64,000 bases of DNA from Bigelowiella natans CCMP2755 (GCA_000320545.1 ADNK01002731.1:2126-66125), one strand, 5' to 3'; counted from the stretch's first letter, positions 12,861-26,298 are shown. Notes: generated by a model not told the origin, from the letters alone. A program made the numbers and translations.

Positions 12861-14052
12861 TCATTGTTCATTGTTCATTGTTCCGTCATGAGACATTGTC
12901 CATTGCAATGATCACTTCGGTGAGCAAGTGCAGCAGTCAAGGACGCGACGCCGAAATGTCGACTGTGACACTGCATCTGGTTCTGGCGCATGCAGATTTG
13001 CATCAATGCTTTGTTCATTGTTCACTGCAATCAATGCGATTTTTTTCCAAAGTGACGTTTCGCATCCTCTTTTGCGGTTGCGCACGACACACATCATCAT
13101 TGGACAGGAAAAATGGATGATGACCAGAGCGAGCGTGAAAACGCACCCCACCCACACCACTCAAGAAATCGTGCGTGAAGAACCCACACGTGAACGAAGC
13201 AGGTCAGACCTGCGAGCATCTTCGAGTGGCATGCGGAACCGAACCGACCCCTGCACGGGAGTGGAGGGGTCGGGAGTCAAGAGTGTGCACCTGCTCACAT
13301 CGAACCAAGCTAGCAAGTCCTGAAAGCACAGGTGTTGACAACACATGGAAGGAAAATCACTCAAAAGAGAAGCGCGCCGAGTTGGAGAAGCAAAGAAAGG
13401 TGAGGGAGAGAGAGGGCCACATCGCACTTGAAACTTTTTCCAACCTCAACCAGGAAGTCTCGTCGAGCAGCCAGCAACAAGACTGAGCAACAGGACTCTG
13501 TGAGCACCCTTCACACCCAATGGAAGGCAACGCAAAAAAAGTCGCATCACCTCCGAATTCTGAGAATTGGTTCAATGGTCATCCTGATGCAGCCATGCAA
13601 AGCGCAGCGGCTGCAGCGCTCAGGTTGTGTCTGTTGGATGCGCACACGTCATTCGTGCGAAAAGATGCTCTTTCCTTTCACCCATCGCCCTTGCTCTTGC
13701 CACGCTAGCACGCATGCACTTGAAACCATCAGCTTTTGCATTCAAATTGGGGAGGGTGCACTCACTAGGCTCATTGCGCGCACCAATCTGGTAGCAATTC
13801 CATTCAACGAGAACTGATGGATGGACGCGTTCACACAACTGCTAGTCCTGTCTGCTGTTCAGACACACCACACACACACGCCAAACTGCCAACGTGCATT
13901 TGCTGTGCCTGGCGTGGACAACGTGTGCGTTCGTGCAAACAAAGCGTTGCATCCAATGTGTCGTCACACGTGCGAGCAAATTGCGATTGCTTGTGAAGTG
14001 TGCAAAACGCAAAGTTGTCATCTCACACGTGCATGTTGTTGTCAAAAATTGC
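12861..14052. other. TpA-depleted intergenic tract
   Basis: Manual count: 5 TpA in ~1190 bp (4 CTAG, 1 GTAG). Confidence 0.92.
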
Positions 14053-15335
14053 TATCATCATCGTCGATGAACACCCGTCGACCAAGCTTGTCCGTTCTTT
14101 TGGGAGTCAGCCTAGCCCTAGCTCTCTCGTCCAGCACTTTTCGCGCATGTTTGAGTTTGGAGCAGATCGAAACATGCTTTTCTATCCTCGCCGGAGCAAA
14201 TCTTCGAAGACAAAATCTGGCGGGAACATTCATGTCAACAATGTACAAGTGATTGCAGATTGATTGACAACCAGTTTTCACGAACATATGGTAGGACCGT
14301 GGGTCGCACCACGCACACCACCTGCATTGTTCTCTGTTGTCATGCTCTTGCTTTGGTTTCGGAGGGGGCGGTAAGTCGCGCAGTGACTTGCCCTAACATC
14401 AAATACATCAGCCCACGTACACAGATGAGCTTTCCTCGTTGAAAGCAAACAAAATGTATGATTGTGAGCAACCAACCTCTCTCTTGTACTTTTGAATCAG
14501 CCTATTTTGCTTTATCGCTGCTCTCATAGCCTCTCGATCCGCCTTCCACTTTGGAACCTTCTTTGTCTTGGTTGGTTGCAAGGAGGGCTTGCTGCTGCTC
14601 TTGCTGCTGCTCTTCCTGCCGCTAAGCGGTCGAGAACGATGGCCACTTGAAGGTCTGCTACCAGAGTCAGACTTTCTCGTCGTCGAAAATCAAATTAGAA
14701 CTTGCATCAATACGAGTGGAATGATAATGATGATCAGGGCGAAATGATGATGATGATGATGAGAATGATAGCGTTCAGTCTTCTTATTCACTTCTTTGAT
14801 TTCCTACAAATTTCGGTCTACCTTTCTTCTCTCTCTGGATGCTTCGAATGCCTGGCGCTTTTGAGCTCCAGATGAAGTAGGAGGGCGATACTGCTGCTGC
14901 TGCTGCTGCTGCTGCCGATGTCTATCGTATGCTTTAGTGCTGGTATTTGTGGACACTTCAGCTCCCACCCCCTCGTTTTCTCCGACCTCTTCACCACCAC
15001 GAAAAATGCCGTTGTGGTGGCCGCTGTCATTCAATTCTTCCATTTCTTCTCCCCCCGCGTTTGGTTTCCCGGGCGGAACTGCCCTTGTAATATCTTCAGT
15101 TTCGGATTCTGGGAGTGGTGGGGCTTGCTGTTCGCTATAGTCTTTTGATTTCGTCGCCCCGTTGGTACAGGGCGATAATGAACTGGGCGAGTGCCTCTGA
15201 TTCTTCTGTATCGTTTGGCCCCTTTGAAGCAGCAGCGAGTTGGCGCTCTAGTCTCATCACCTTTTGCCGGAGGCGGTGAATTTCTTCGTCCCTCTCCTTC
15301 AGCGCCTTCCTTAACTGAGAGTATAACGTATGTGT

Positions 15336-15373
<38 letters not shown>

Positions 15374-15969
15374 AACCAACCTGCCGGGTAGTAGTTGTAT
15401 CCTCAGCACTTGATTTATTTCTCTTAGTATCGTCGTTGACACTGTCGTTGGCGCCATTCCCGTATCTGGAATTATCATCATCTGCCTGCTGCTGCTGCTG
15501 CTGATTACCGCGACGAAGACTACCTCTAGGAGATTGAGCAGAATTAAGAGAAGAGCCTCGAGGCGAGGATCGTGGAGATCTTCTTGGTTGAATCTTTAAC
15601 CTTGGCGGGCGGGGCATTCCATGCCTACCCCCCCCCCCCTTTTCATAGGATTCTGAACGCGGATGGACAATCTCATTCAAGAACATGATTTCAATAATAT
15701 AGTAGAGGTTTGGGGAAAGATTTGGCGAAATGGAAGAGAGCAACAGTTTTGATCCAGCTACACAGCAATTTTGCTTGAAGCTCGGAGCTTCGCAACTATT
15801 GAATACAGATCTACTTCTTCTTCTAGTATTAGACTTACTTTCTGTCATATCTGTGGAAGAGATGGCACCTGCTGGTTCATCTCGCCGGGGGCTTCGAGGG
15901 TTTCTAGATGATGACAATCTCACGGGATTCGTATTGCCTAAAAATGAACTAGTTTAATAATTCTGAAGA

Positions 15970-16012
<43 letters not shown>

Positions 16013-16904
16013 GAGAGAGCAGCGATGATATTATGGGAAAGCAGCGAACCAAAAACGCACATGTTGTTATCATTACCCGGTCTGCAGGAACGTAGCTGTA
16101 GCAACCAGGCACAATTTGAGGCGCAACACACGCCACCGACGAACATAATGAAAAACAACTCGCTTTAGAAGTGATAAATGCATGGAGAAAGTAGGATAAA
16201 GAGAAAGCACGCACGCATATAAATATGAGGGAAAGTAACAGTGGACAATAGATTGGTAGAGGAATGGCAGGGTAGCATAGTCAGGAACAGAGGAAAACGG
16301 TGCTGCCGCGTAGAATCTGCGAGCTAGTAATAATAATGCCAATTTCCCCCGAATATATATATTATATGACCATATACTGTCTTTATGGTGTATGGTAGCT
16401 ATTACATGAATGACGAGGCTCTCTTCCTTGAACGTTCTTGAGCAATGGGGGCATCGTGCAAGACCATAGTTGTTGTGAGACTCGCTGTGCACCAAAAACA
16501 AAAACAAAAAAGGGGGGGGGGAAGGGGCACTATGTTTAGAAATGCCATCCTAGCACGGAATCATTCTGTGATACGACAGGGCAGAATCTGTTTTCATATC
16601 CACCATTCTTCGTATGCATATTAGCTGTGTTTGCTACTAGTACTACCTTGCTGCTTGATTGATGCTATTCAGCGTCTCTGCCTTCATCTTTGAGGGTGAT
16701 GTGCCCCACCCTGGAGGAGGCTGTGGAATGGCACGTCGTTCTCCTGGCGGCTTTTGGCTCTCTCGCTGCTCCCACAGCTTCGCACATTGTGGCAGGTGAA
16801 TCCGAATACTAGAAGTTCATGAAAACCAATGAATTGAGAGCAAAGCGCCATAATGGTTGTGATCACAGACTTTCTTTTTTTTTAATATGCCACTATTGCT
16901 TCTT

Positions 16905-16960
<56 letters not shown>

Positions 16961-17695
16961 TATCGTGCATAGCAGTAGCAACCTGGTGGTTCCGTATTTC
17001 CGCCCGCATATGTAACAGATTCGATATTTGGGAGCACCAGGAGTCGTCCTTCTTCTAGGGGAAGACATTTCGAGGCCGTTGTTCTTCTTCCCCCCATTGT
17101 TGCTACCTCGTCTAAGATCCCCGTTCAAAGACCTGCAACTTCGCATATGGATCTTGAGAGCAGAGTCTGTGAAGGTGCGCCCGCAATTAGAGCACGCCTT
17201 GAGGTTTGAGTTGTAAGCACTGAATGCCATGTCGTTGAATTCGCCGATCTTGGCGTCACTGAACGTAAAAAGCATACAGCTTTAGAGTGTTCATACGACA
17301 ACTGTTCGGCTTGATTATCTTAACTACTCATTACATCTATTGAGAACCTCATCATGAATTCACCGCCACCAACATTACCACCATCATTCTGTCATTCTCT
17401 TCGTAGTCAGTCTGGCAATAATACCCTGGATTTATTCCTTGCTGGATCTGGTCCATATAGCCTGCTGGGGGCTGAGGCAGAGCCCTGGAGAAAGATATTT
17501 TCTTAGCGATGGTTAATACACGACTGTCTCTTCAATGCACACCATAACAATTTACCGTCTCTCCCTCTTATCCTTGAGATTTTCTCGTTTAACAAATAGC
17601 TTTTGGCACTGAGGAATGTGTATCTTAATGCTCGTAGTTCCGTATTGCTGGCCACAAAGGTAGCAAACGACTGCTTTTGGCCTTCTCATGCTCAT
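14042..17695 (-). CDS. ZNF474/ZC2HC1-like protein with repeated C2HC zinc fingers
   Basis: VVCYLCGQQYGTTSIKIHIPQC, ACSNCGRTFTDSALKIHMRSC, ICYICGRKYGT, ARCPHCSRTFKEESLVIH, and a spliced final finger EQCR|FCLRRFAPARIEKHVSIC. Low-complexity and coiled-coil middle region. The start could lie further upstream (~17944). Confidence 0.82.
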
Positions 17696-18669
17696 GGAGA
17701 TGCACAGTGAAAGCAATGTCCTTCCGAAACTAGTTGGATTATGACGGAGAACAGGATAAGGGTAAGAGGGAAAGGCGGGAAGGTTGACTAGGTATATGCT
17801 AATATATTTGTGATATGTGTACATAGCAACTGCTTGCATGACACCTCTCTTCTGCTGATGGGCCAGCTGCAGGGGGGAACGACTGAAACGCAATGGAGGT
17901 TGGGTTCCAAACTCCATCCGATCTTCTCCCGTTGTAAACATTCCCATCAAATTCAGTCCCAAATTTATTTTAAAGAATCGCTAGTGAAGTATATTCTCAT
18001 AGAAAGACAACCATCATGGAGAAATAATTGTTAAAATTAACCTGAATTTATTTCTTATTAGGATGAATTCTATCCACAACAATGTCTGTTTTGATTGTGA
18101 AAGTACAGCTTCGGATTCCGATTAGGAAAGATTTTACCGAATCAATTACCAGATACAAGAAATTAATTTAAACAACAAAAACAACATGACAAACAATTGG
18201 GGAAAAAACCAGTCCGAATAATTGTCGACAGTTGCGAAACAAGAGAAGCAAGTAACGGACGAAAACGAACAAAGTGCAAGACGTAATTTAGTCAAATGAT
18301 ATGATATATAGAGGACTACTTTTTACTAGATATATCCTAGATCTACATATCTGACTAGCATTCAATATTTGACGGAGTCAACAATTATTTTGATTTATAT
18401 TTATTCAGAAGTTTTTAGGGTATATTTTTTGCGTGAGATTGTGTAACAAACGTAACTGCTGGCTGCAGCACCGCTTTCAGCACCACTTCGTGTAACGATA
18501 AAGACGAAAAGGTAGTAGCTTCGGACAGGGGTAGCAATGCCAGAGCGGGAGGAGCGAGCTAAATATATCAGAATAGTCTGGCAGGAGTGTTGTATTTGGT
18601 GATGACTTTCAGTGATGGAACATCTTGATGAAAAGAATTGCTCTAATCGAAATACCACATCGCTGTAAG

Positions 18670-19524
18670 ATGCCGGAGGATAATAAAAAGTTGCTTCCAA
18701 CCCCCAACGCCAAGCTTCCAACGCCAAACGCCAAGAGGGCAGCGCTTATTGTGGTCGATATCCAGAATGACTTCCTCATTGGTAACTAAAGCCCTAAATG
18801 AAACGCCCCCCTCCTGCATAACAACCTCTCTTTCTCTCTCCTTGAAGCATGCTCTTCGTGCCTCACTTTTCTCCTGGCAGCAACCCCTCTCTCTTCGTCG
18901 TTTTTTGTTATCCTCATCATTTGATTTTATGTAGGATCAATGGCTATGCCACAGGCTAAGAAGCTTGTGCCTGTGATCAACTCCCTGAAGAAAGTAGAAA
19001 ACGAAGAGTGTTCTTATTGTTAAGATAATTATGAATTGTATAGGGGTTTATGGGAGAAACGTAGGTAATTATCAGCACTCTTTAAAACAGTGATGCTGGT
19101 CAGTCTATGATGATCACTGTCATCGCCACCACTACCTACCACCACCATCATCATCACCCTGCTCCTCTCTCTCTTCCTCTTCTACACGCATAGAATGTCG
19201 ACTGGACGCTGGTGGCTCTAAGTCAAGATAGTCATCCCGAAGAACACATATCCTTTCTGGAAACACATGCCGACAATCCAGCCGCTACCAAAAGCAAATG
19301 CATACAGGTAGTGATTCTTCGTTATGACGGGTGTAGCTCTGAATTCCAAGGATCATGTTGATGCTGTCGTTCGCAGATCGGTAATCACCTGCAACGGCTA
19401 TGGCCAACGCACTGCGTCCACGGAACAGAAGGAGAGAAATTCTATCCGGAAATGGAGGTCGTCGATCTATTTTGGATATTCACTTTATATAGCTGCTCTA
19501 TCTTCTTCAGAAGACCAACATATT

Positions 19525-19563
<39 letters not shown>

Positions 19564-20281
19564 GTTACATTCCATATGAATTGCAGGTGGATGAGAAAGA
19601 TATCGTCGTGAAGAAAGGAGTCGAAAAGAATGTTGACTGCTACTCTGCATTCTACGATAACTCTGGATTGGTAGTAAGCGTTCCTTCTCACCTTTACAAC
19701 TCCAAACGACGTCATACGCTACGCACACACGCACACACACACACACACAAACGAACATAATCCGGATAATCAGCTTCAAATCATGCTGCTGAAAGCGGTT
19801 TGTGTTGGCTGACGTTGTTAACTCACGATGTTCTGCTAGAAATCGACGGGTATGACCAAACTGCTGAGAGAGGCCAGGATCTCCGATGTGTATGTATGCG
19901 GTGTAGCATTCGACTACTGTGTGGGAAGCACGGCTGTAGACTCTGCAAAAGAAGGATTTAATACCTTTATCGTCGAGGTAGCATTACATTGTGTAGTTAC
20001 TACATCCTGCACGTTACCTCCTCATTCCTCCGCCTCCTCCCCGTCTCCATTGTCCTCTTCAAGGATGCTACAGAATCTATTTCTTCGGGAAGCAAGAGAA
20101 AGATGCAAAAGAGGCTGGATGAGGCTGGCGTTGAGAGCGTGCACTCGTCGGTTCTTCTCACCAAAGTAGAAGGAGACAAAAGGTGGGGTGGTATGTGGCA
20201 CGTGTGTTATTATGGAAAGGAATAAAACAGCTGCTATAGTAATAATGACCATAACAAGGCTACTTTTCTGAAATTCGCACC

Positions 20282-20321
<40 letters not shown>

Positions 20322-21102
20322 GGAGGGGCGGTGCCGGATACTGGGTATCTATCTCATGATGGCTCCTTGCGGTCCTTGATCATATCAGGCAAATTGCTGC
20401 GGAATATTTCAAGAAGAAGAAAATTATGCCTCTGCTTCAAAAATTGACTGCGCTTGTGCTGCACCACAAACCTGAGAACCCGAAGAAGTTTCTCATCGAT
20501 GAGTTAACAAAAATGAAGGTAAAATGTAGAGACAATAGTACTAACTATTCTGTATCACCAAACAACATGCTACCTCATAGCTCTGATATGTAGCGTCAGT
20601 TCCCCCTTCAATGATGCATTATCGCTGCGACAAGCAGTTATATACCATTAACGTTGTGGTTGGAGGAAAAACATCATAGAAAATAGTTTTCACATGAATC
20701 TGCAGTAGCGAACATGAACCATTAAAATGCATATTTTGGTCTATGTTTGCACAGGAATCCAAAGTGAACGTGGAAGACATATCCTCTAGCCTTCTCGGGG
20801 ACGACGATTTGGAGGTTGTGTTCCAGACTGCTGACGTCGCTGGAAGTGGCAAAATCGGCTCTTCCCAGTGTAAGCAGGTATGTGAGAACGACAATGGTGA
20901 TTGGGCACATAGATTAGGAATGATGATGGTTGTGATGATGATGGTGATTGATTTTGGGGTAATGCTGTACAATTAGGCGTTACTTAGTATGGGTATACCT
21001 ATCGGAGAAATCAAGCCTGTAGTGGATGAGAACGACAAGAAAGCAACCTACGCACTAGACGATTTCAAAAAGCTTGCAATTCAAGGTTTGAAGACCATTT
21101 AG
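18670..21102 (+). CDS. Nicotinamidase/pyrazinamidase (isochorismatase fold) fused to an EFCAB10-like dimerization-docking + EF-hand module
   Basis: ALIVVDIQNDF, SQDSHPEEHISF, LWPTHCVHGTEG, KKGVEKNVDCYSAF, VCGVAFDYCVGSTAVDS (PncA/PNC1 motifs). An in-phase splice then leads to AAEYFKKKKIMPLLQKLTALVLHHKPENPKKFLIDEL and DLEVVFQTADVAGSGKIGSSQCKQALLSMG. Confidence 0.88.
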
Positions 21103-21930
21103 CAAGACTGTTGAGCGTAGGAGGAGGAGCACAGTCCTCGATGCTAGTTGCACCCATGATGGGTAGCACCAAAATTTGATTTCTCATGTTGCATTGTGTG
21201 GTGGATATCCTTGCTACGTGTGACATGCGACTTTCGATGCAAAATGATACAAGTAAACTACAGACATCTAGTAGACATGCGTGCACACATCGCGCAGAAT
21301 GAGACACGCACGTGTGCTGACCGGTGCATGATGTATTGCTGTGTCTATTATGTGCATGCATCACATGTCACACTAGCTAGCACGTACAGTGCGCACTGTG
21401 TGCTTCATGCAACACTTTGCGAGGCGCTTTCTAGGACAATGCCCTCCTGTCTTCATGTTAACACTGCGGCAGCAAATCAGCCTCTGCTGAGCGTTTGCAT
21501 TCTCTGTATGACTTTGGTGGCACACAGCACTAGTCAGCATAGCAGTGCGTAGTGCGTGCTAGCGTGGTGCAACAACAGTTAACAAAACACGAGCTGCTAG
21601 GTATGTGCACAAAAAGCATGCTCGCTGGCGCACATGGTGGGGCGCGGTTGGTGCTGCATTTTCACTAATCGACTCATCTGCTGCAACGCTCAAAAACTGG
21701 ACTTTCACACTGAATCCTTGTGGACATATGTCATGCTAAACATCCCTTTATTATTGGCACCAGACTTCGAAGCAGCCATGCATTTGTGTCGCATCGCATG
21801 CGTGGATTACATGCCACACATCATCACATCGAAGCCGGCTAGTGCTACAAACACTTCGCATCTAGACGTTCTTGCACATTTCTGGATGTGCGGATTCACA
21901 ATCGATTGTGGGACACGCTGTGGCGACACG

Positions 21931-22499
21931 TCACATGACACTGCAGCTAGGAGCATCAGTGGATGTGAGCGTGCCGTAGATTCCTCCTCCACAAACCCCA
22001 GCATCATCTCCTCTCCTACCATTTGCCTTGCGTGCGGACTCTTGACCTACTGAATCTGCCATCACATCAGCAGCAATATCGTCGAATGTTCTTCTCTTCC
22101 TGATGAGCGCACACCTGCAAATACGAACGAGATAAGCCAGTAGCCTTGTTCATTTGCTATTATCATCAGCGGTAATATGTCCCAATTCCCCTCCCCGCAT
22201 TGCATCGTTCCTTAAAGTTGTGTTAGGTCGTTACCTTTTTCCATTTCCTTCGAGCGGCTTTCTAATCAATGCCTCAGCTGGCAATGGCCGCAGATTATAG
22301 ATGCTCCCTGAGCACGTGCATCATCGTGAATTAAATGAGGATGGAAGATTGCAATAAAAAGTGAGAATGTCAGTTGGAAATCGTCATGACTAAGAAGACA
22401 AAGACGGTAGACATGGTCTCCTTCTCATTTCCCTCATCTGCTACTGTGTGTGGGTGAGTGTGGGTACGATGTTTCTTAGGCACTTTTTCATCATCATCA

Positions 22500-22531
<32 letters not shown>

Positions 22532-23221
22532 TTCTTCTACTACCCATCGTCATTCCATATGCCCCTGCAGTGTCTAGTAAAGATGATTTCGAATGCAAAA
22601 CAAAGAGGAAAGGGGGGGGGGTAGGGTTAGGTGGAGACGGAAGGAGGAAGAGAATAACAATTGTAGGAGAAAGCTACGATCTGTGTACCGAAGTGAATCG
22701 TATCTGTAACCTAGAAAGAACTTCGCGCTCACACACGTGTGAGTGTGAGTGCGAGTATAACAACAAGGTATACTAGCACCTATGCTTAAAACATCTCCCT
22801 CGTGGATTTCACACTTCATCTTCCTGTCGCTGGCGAACAGATCACCTGAAAATGAAGTAGCATTGTGATTTTGGAGATGGGATTGAGAAATACGACTAAG
22901 ACGACGAAGAGAGAAAATGAGGATCTTGGTGACAATAATGACAACGATGATGATGCCATCGTGGCAATAACAATTTCATGTATAATAATCTACCGCTATG
23001 GCGTTTATTCGCATTCAGGCGGCATCCTTACGAATATCATCATCATCATCATCTTCTTCTTCATTACTATTACTACTACTACTACCAGTTTCACAAATGT
23101 TCCCGCAAATATCGTATACAACATCGCATCTTTCTCTTTTTGGCTTTGTATCACTGCTATCCGCAGTAAGATTTCTGAGGAGAGAAAATATTGGTACACG
23201 GTAACAGCAGAAGTGCAAAAT

Positions 23222-23261
<40 letters not shown>

Positions 23262-23445
23262 CACTCGCACGCGCGCATGGAGGGCGGAGAGAGGGAAAGA
23301 GGGAGAATCTGTTATAATGAGAAGAATAGCGTATTATTATCGTTATTACTACCTGATGTGGTGATAAGCGTTGTAGAGCGTTGGACGAATAAGGTGGTTG
23401 AAGCCAGAATCCGTGCCTATGAAAGAGTTTTAAGAAGTATATCAT

Positions 23446-23482
<37 letters not shown>

Positions 23483-23505
23483 CAACACACACACACACAC
23501 ACACA

Positions 23506-23583
<78 letters not shown>

Positions 23584-24340
23584 AAACTAATAACAAAAGA
23601 AGAGACAAACGACACCAACAACATATCAGCAAGGATGGTGGGTAGAGTAGCAGTAGTAGAAGTAGTAGCGTATGTTCGGGGGAGGAGGAGGAGGGGGGGG
23701 GGGAGAATGTGTGTAACAATCCATCACGATACTAATAATGGCACGATGTGTATGTAAATTATTGCCAACAACAACAACGAGTATTATATCATCATCTCGA
23801 CGCATAAGAACGATATGATTGTCCTCCTCCCCCATCCCCCCCCCTCTTCCTCCTCCTCCTCCTCCTCCTCCTCCTCTTTTTGTGTTCTTCCATTTGTAGC
23901 TGCTTATGGCGGCATCACCTGCAATCCTGCGTTCTTTATTCCATTTCACCTATTGTTGTTGTTGTTGTTGTTGTTGTTGTAGTTGTTGTTATGATGATGA
24001 TGATCATGATGATGAGAGCTTTCAGTAGTAGTTCTATAGCTACTGCTGTTACTACTTATGGTGATAACAACACTGAATTTATAGTGAATGAAAGACGAAG
24101 AAGAAGAGGCTTCGAGTTGGAAGTTGCTATGCAGGAAATGCTTAAATTCATTGTTTCCTCCTCCTCCTTTCTCATTATTGTCCCCCCCCCTCTCCAAAAC
24201 AAGTAGAACAAGTAAGATCTGCTACCGTGTTTACGGTGACAAGGAGGCTGCCACTCTCCGCTGATTGGGAAGGGTTGATGGTAGGTAAGGACAACGGTAT
24301 GTTGGCGATAGTGATGAGATTAGTGATGACAGGATGATGG

Positions 24341-24371
<31 letters not shown>

Positions 24372-25295
24372 ATGCGGAGCTCTACATATATCACAAAGGG
24401 GGGGGGGTAGGGGTAAGCAAGCAGCGATACATTCAATCTCGTTGTAATCATCATTATCATCCTTATCATTACTCCGCATGAGCTCCATGATGCAGTAATT
24501 AGGCGTGCAAACTACTGCTACTCACTGCTATTTCCACTGCTGCTACACAATATTTACTACCAATAATCCATTTTCCGGGCTCGAGACGAAGCTGAAGCCG
24601 TACAGCCTTATCACCTATCAGTGATAGTAGCAGTAGTAGTAGTAGTAGTAGAAGTAGTAGCAGTAGTAGTATTAGAAACTAACAATGAGAATGAGGATAG
24701 AGATAAAGGTGACGATAATACAGTAGCAATAATTCACAATCGTGATTGTCAAAAGCAGAACTAATTTCATCATAGCGCATATATCCCTAACAATTACCAT
24801 GAATTTGACGTTCTTGTTCAAAGTGTCGTTGTAGCTCCGCACACACTTTTCTGGGGGAAAGAGAGAGGGGGGAGAGAAAAGGAAATGTTAGGAAATGTTA
24901 CCACTGCTACTACTACTACTGCTCCTATTACTATTTATTAGCAGTAATAATACCTTCCAATGTCTTTGATGGGTGTACGCTTATCGCTTGATCTGAAGAT
25001 ATTAGAATATGATCAAGCGCTGCTTGTAATACTTAGCAGCATATTAACCCTGATAACCTCATGAAAGCTAAGAGGTTTCCATATACCTGAATGGGACTTT
25101 GAAACCGCCGCCAAAGTCAACGAAAGAAAGCTGTGGAAAGTACTCTCTCCTTTAAAGAGAATAACAACAAATTTATGTAAGAGAAGAAGCTGCTGATCTT
25201 ACTACCAAAAACTACTACTAAGACCCTGATCATGCGACGGCCGTATTGCATTTATAGAGCAGAGAATGGATTCGAAGACACGAGAGAAAGAGAGA

Positions 25296-25339
<44 letters not shown>

Positions 25340-25652
25340 TCTACAACTGAAGGTGTTTTCATATCCAACAGGGATCTGCGTTGGTGCGTGGTTTACACTC
25401 TCTAATTCTCTAATGATATCTCCTTCTTCTTCTTCTTCGTCTTCTCCATCATTATCATCATCATCATCTTCTTCTTCTTCTTCATCTTCATCTTCGTAAC
25501 TTGGCTACTGTTAGAAGCTGTTTAACCGACGTGATAATCGCATCAGCAGACCCTATGGATGATAGCAATAACATCAACAAAAATTAAATAATAGTAATTA
25601 TGGTGGTGAAAAAGCTAGGTGATGATAATGTAAATAATGAAGGTGCTTGTTG

Positions 25653-25686
<34 letters not shown>

Positions 25687-25867
25687 CACGACTACTACCA
25701 CCACCACCATCACCACGAATTACCGATTCCAGATCCTGTATGTTCATGGACGCCAACAACCTACGCACAAGTGTTAAATGCTTTATTTATTCTAGTTTAT
25801 TGTTAATGTCATCATCACCACCATGATCATTATCACCATTATCATCATACCGTCAGCTAGGACGTAT

Positions 25868-25900
<33 letters not shown>

Positions 25901-26259
25901 CCTCAGACGATGTTTGCCTACGATATCCAGCACTTTCTTAATGTCTTCAAGCAATATTCCAAACTTTGTTTTTGAGCTGTTGTATGTTCGCATGTTATCA
26001 TTATGCTGCTTATTATTCTTCTTATTATTATTATCATCATTAATATTCATATCAGATCGTGTCATCTTCATGATAAAAAGCAGCAGTATCTATCTGTTGT
26101 TCAGCATCATCGCTCCATCGAGTCTCTGTACCCCCCAGTCCGCACTTTTTCGTTTTCTCCTGCTACCTATACAACGACGACGAATTAGATCAAACACACT
26201 AGTGCTTTCTTTCGCATGAATGGCTAACCGTGCATTGTAAAACGTGTGTATGTGCGCAC

Positions 26260-26298
<39 letters not shown>

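Noticed and set aside
12878-14045. Dense overlapping ORFs, possible transposase or retroelement remnant
   Set aside because: Same stop-codon depletion artefact. No RT, integrase or transposase motif recognisable by eye.
18590-18660. Possible C/D box snoRNA (GTGATGA after a short terminal stem)
   Set aside because: No CTGA D box before the 3' stem. More likely the 5' UTR of the nicotinamidase gene.
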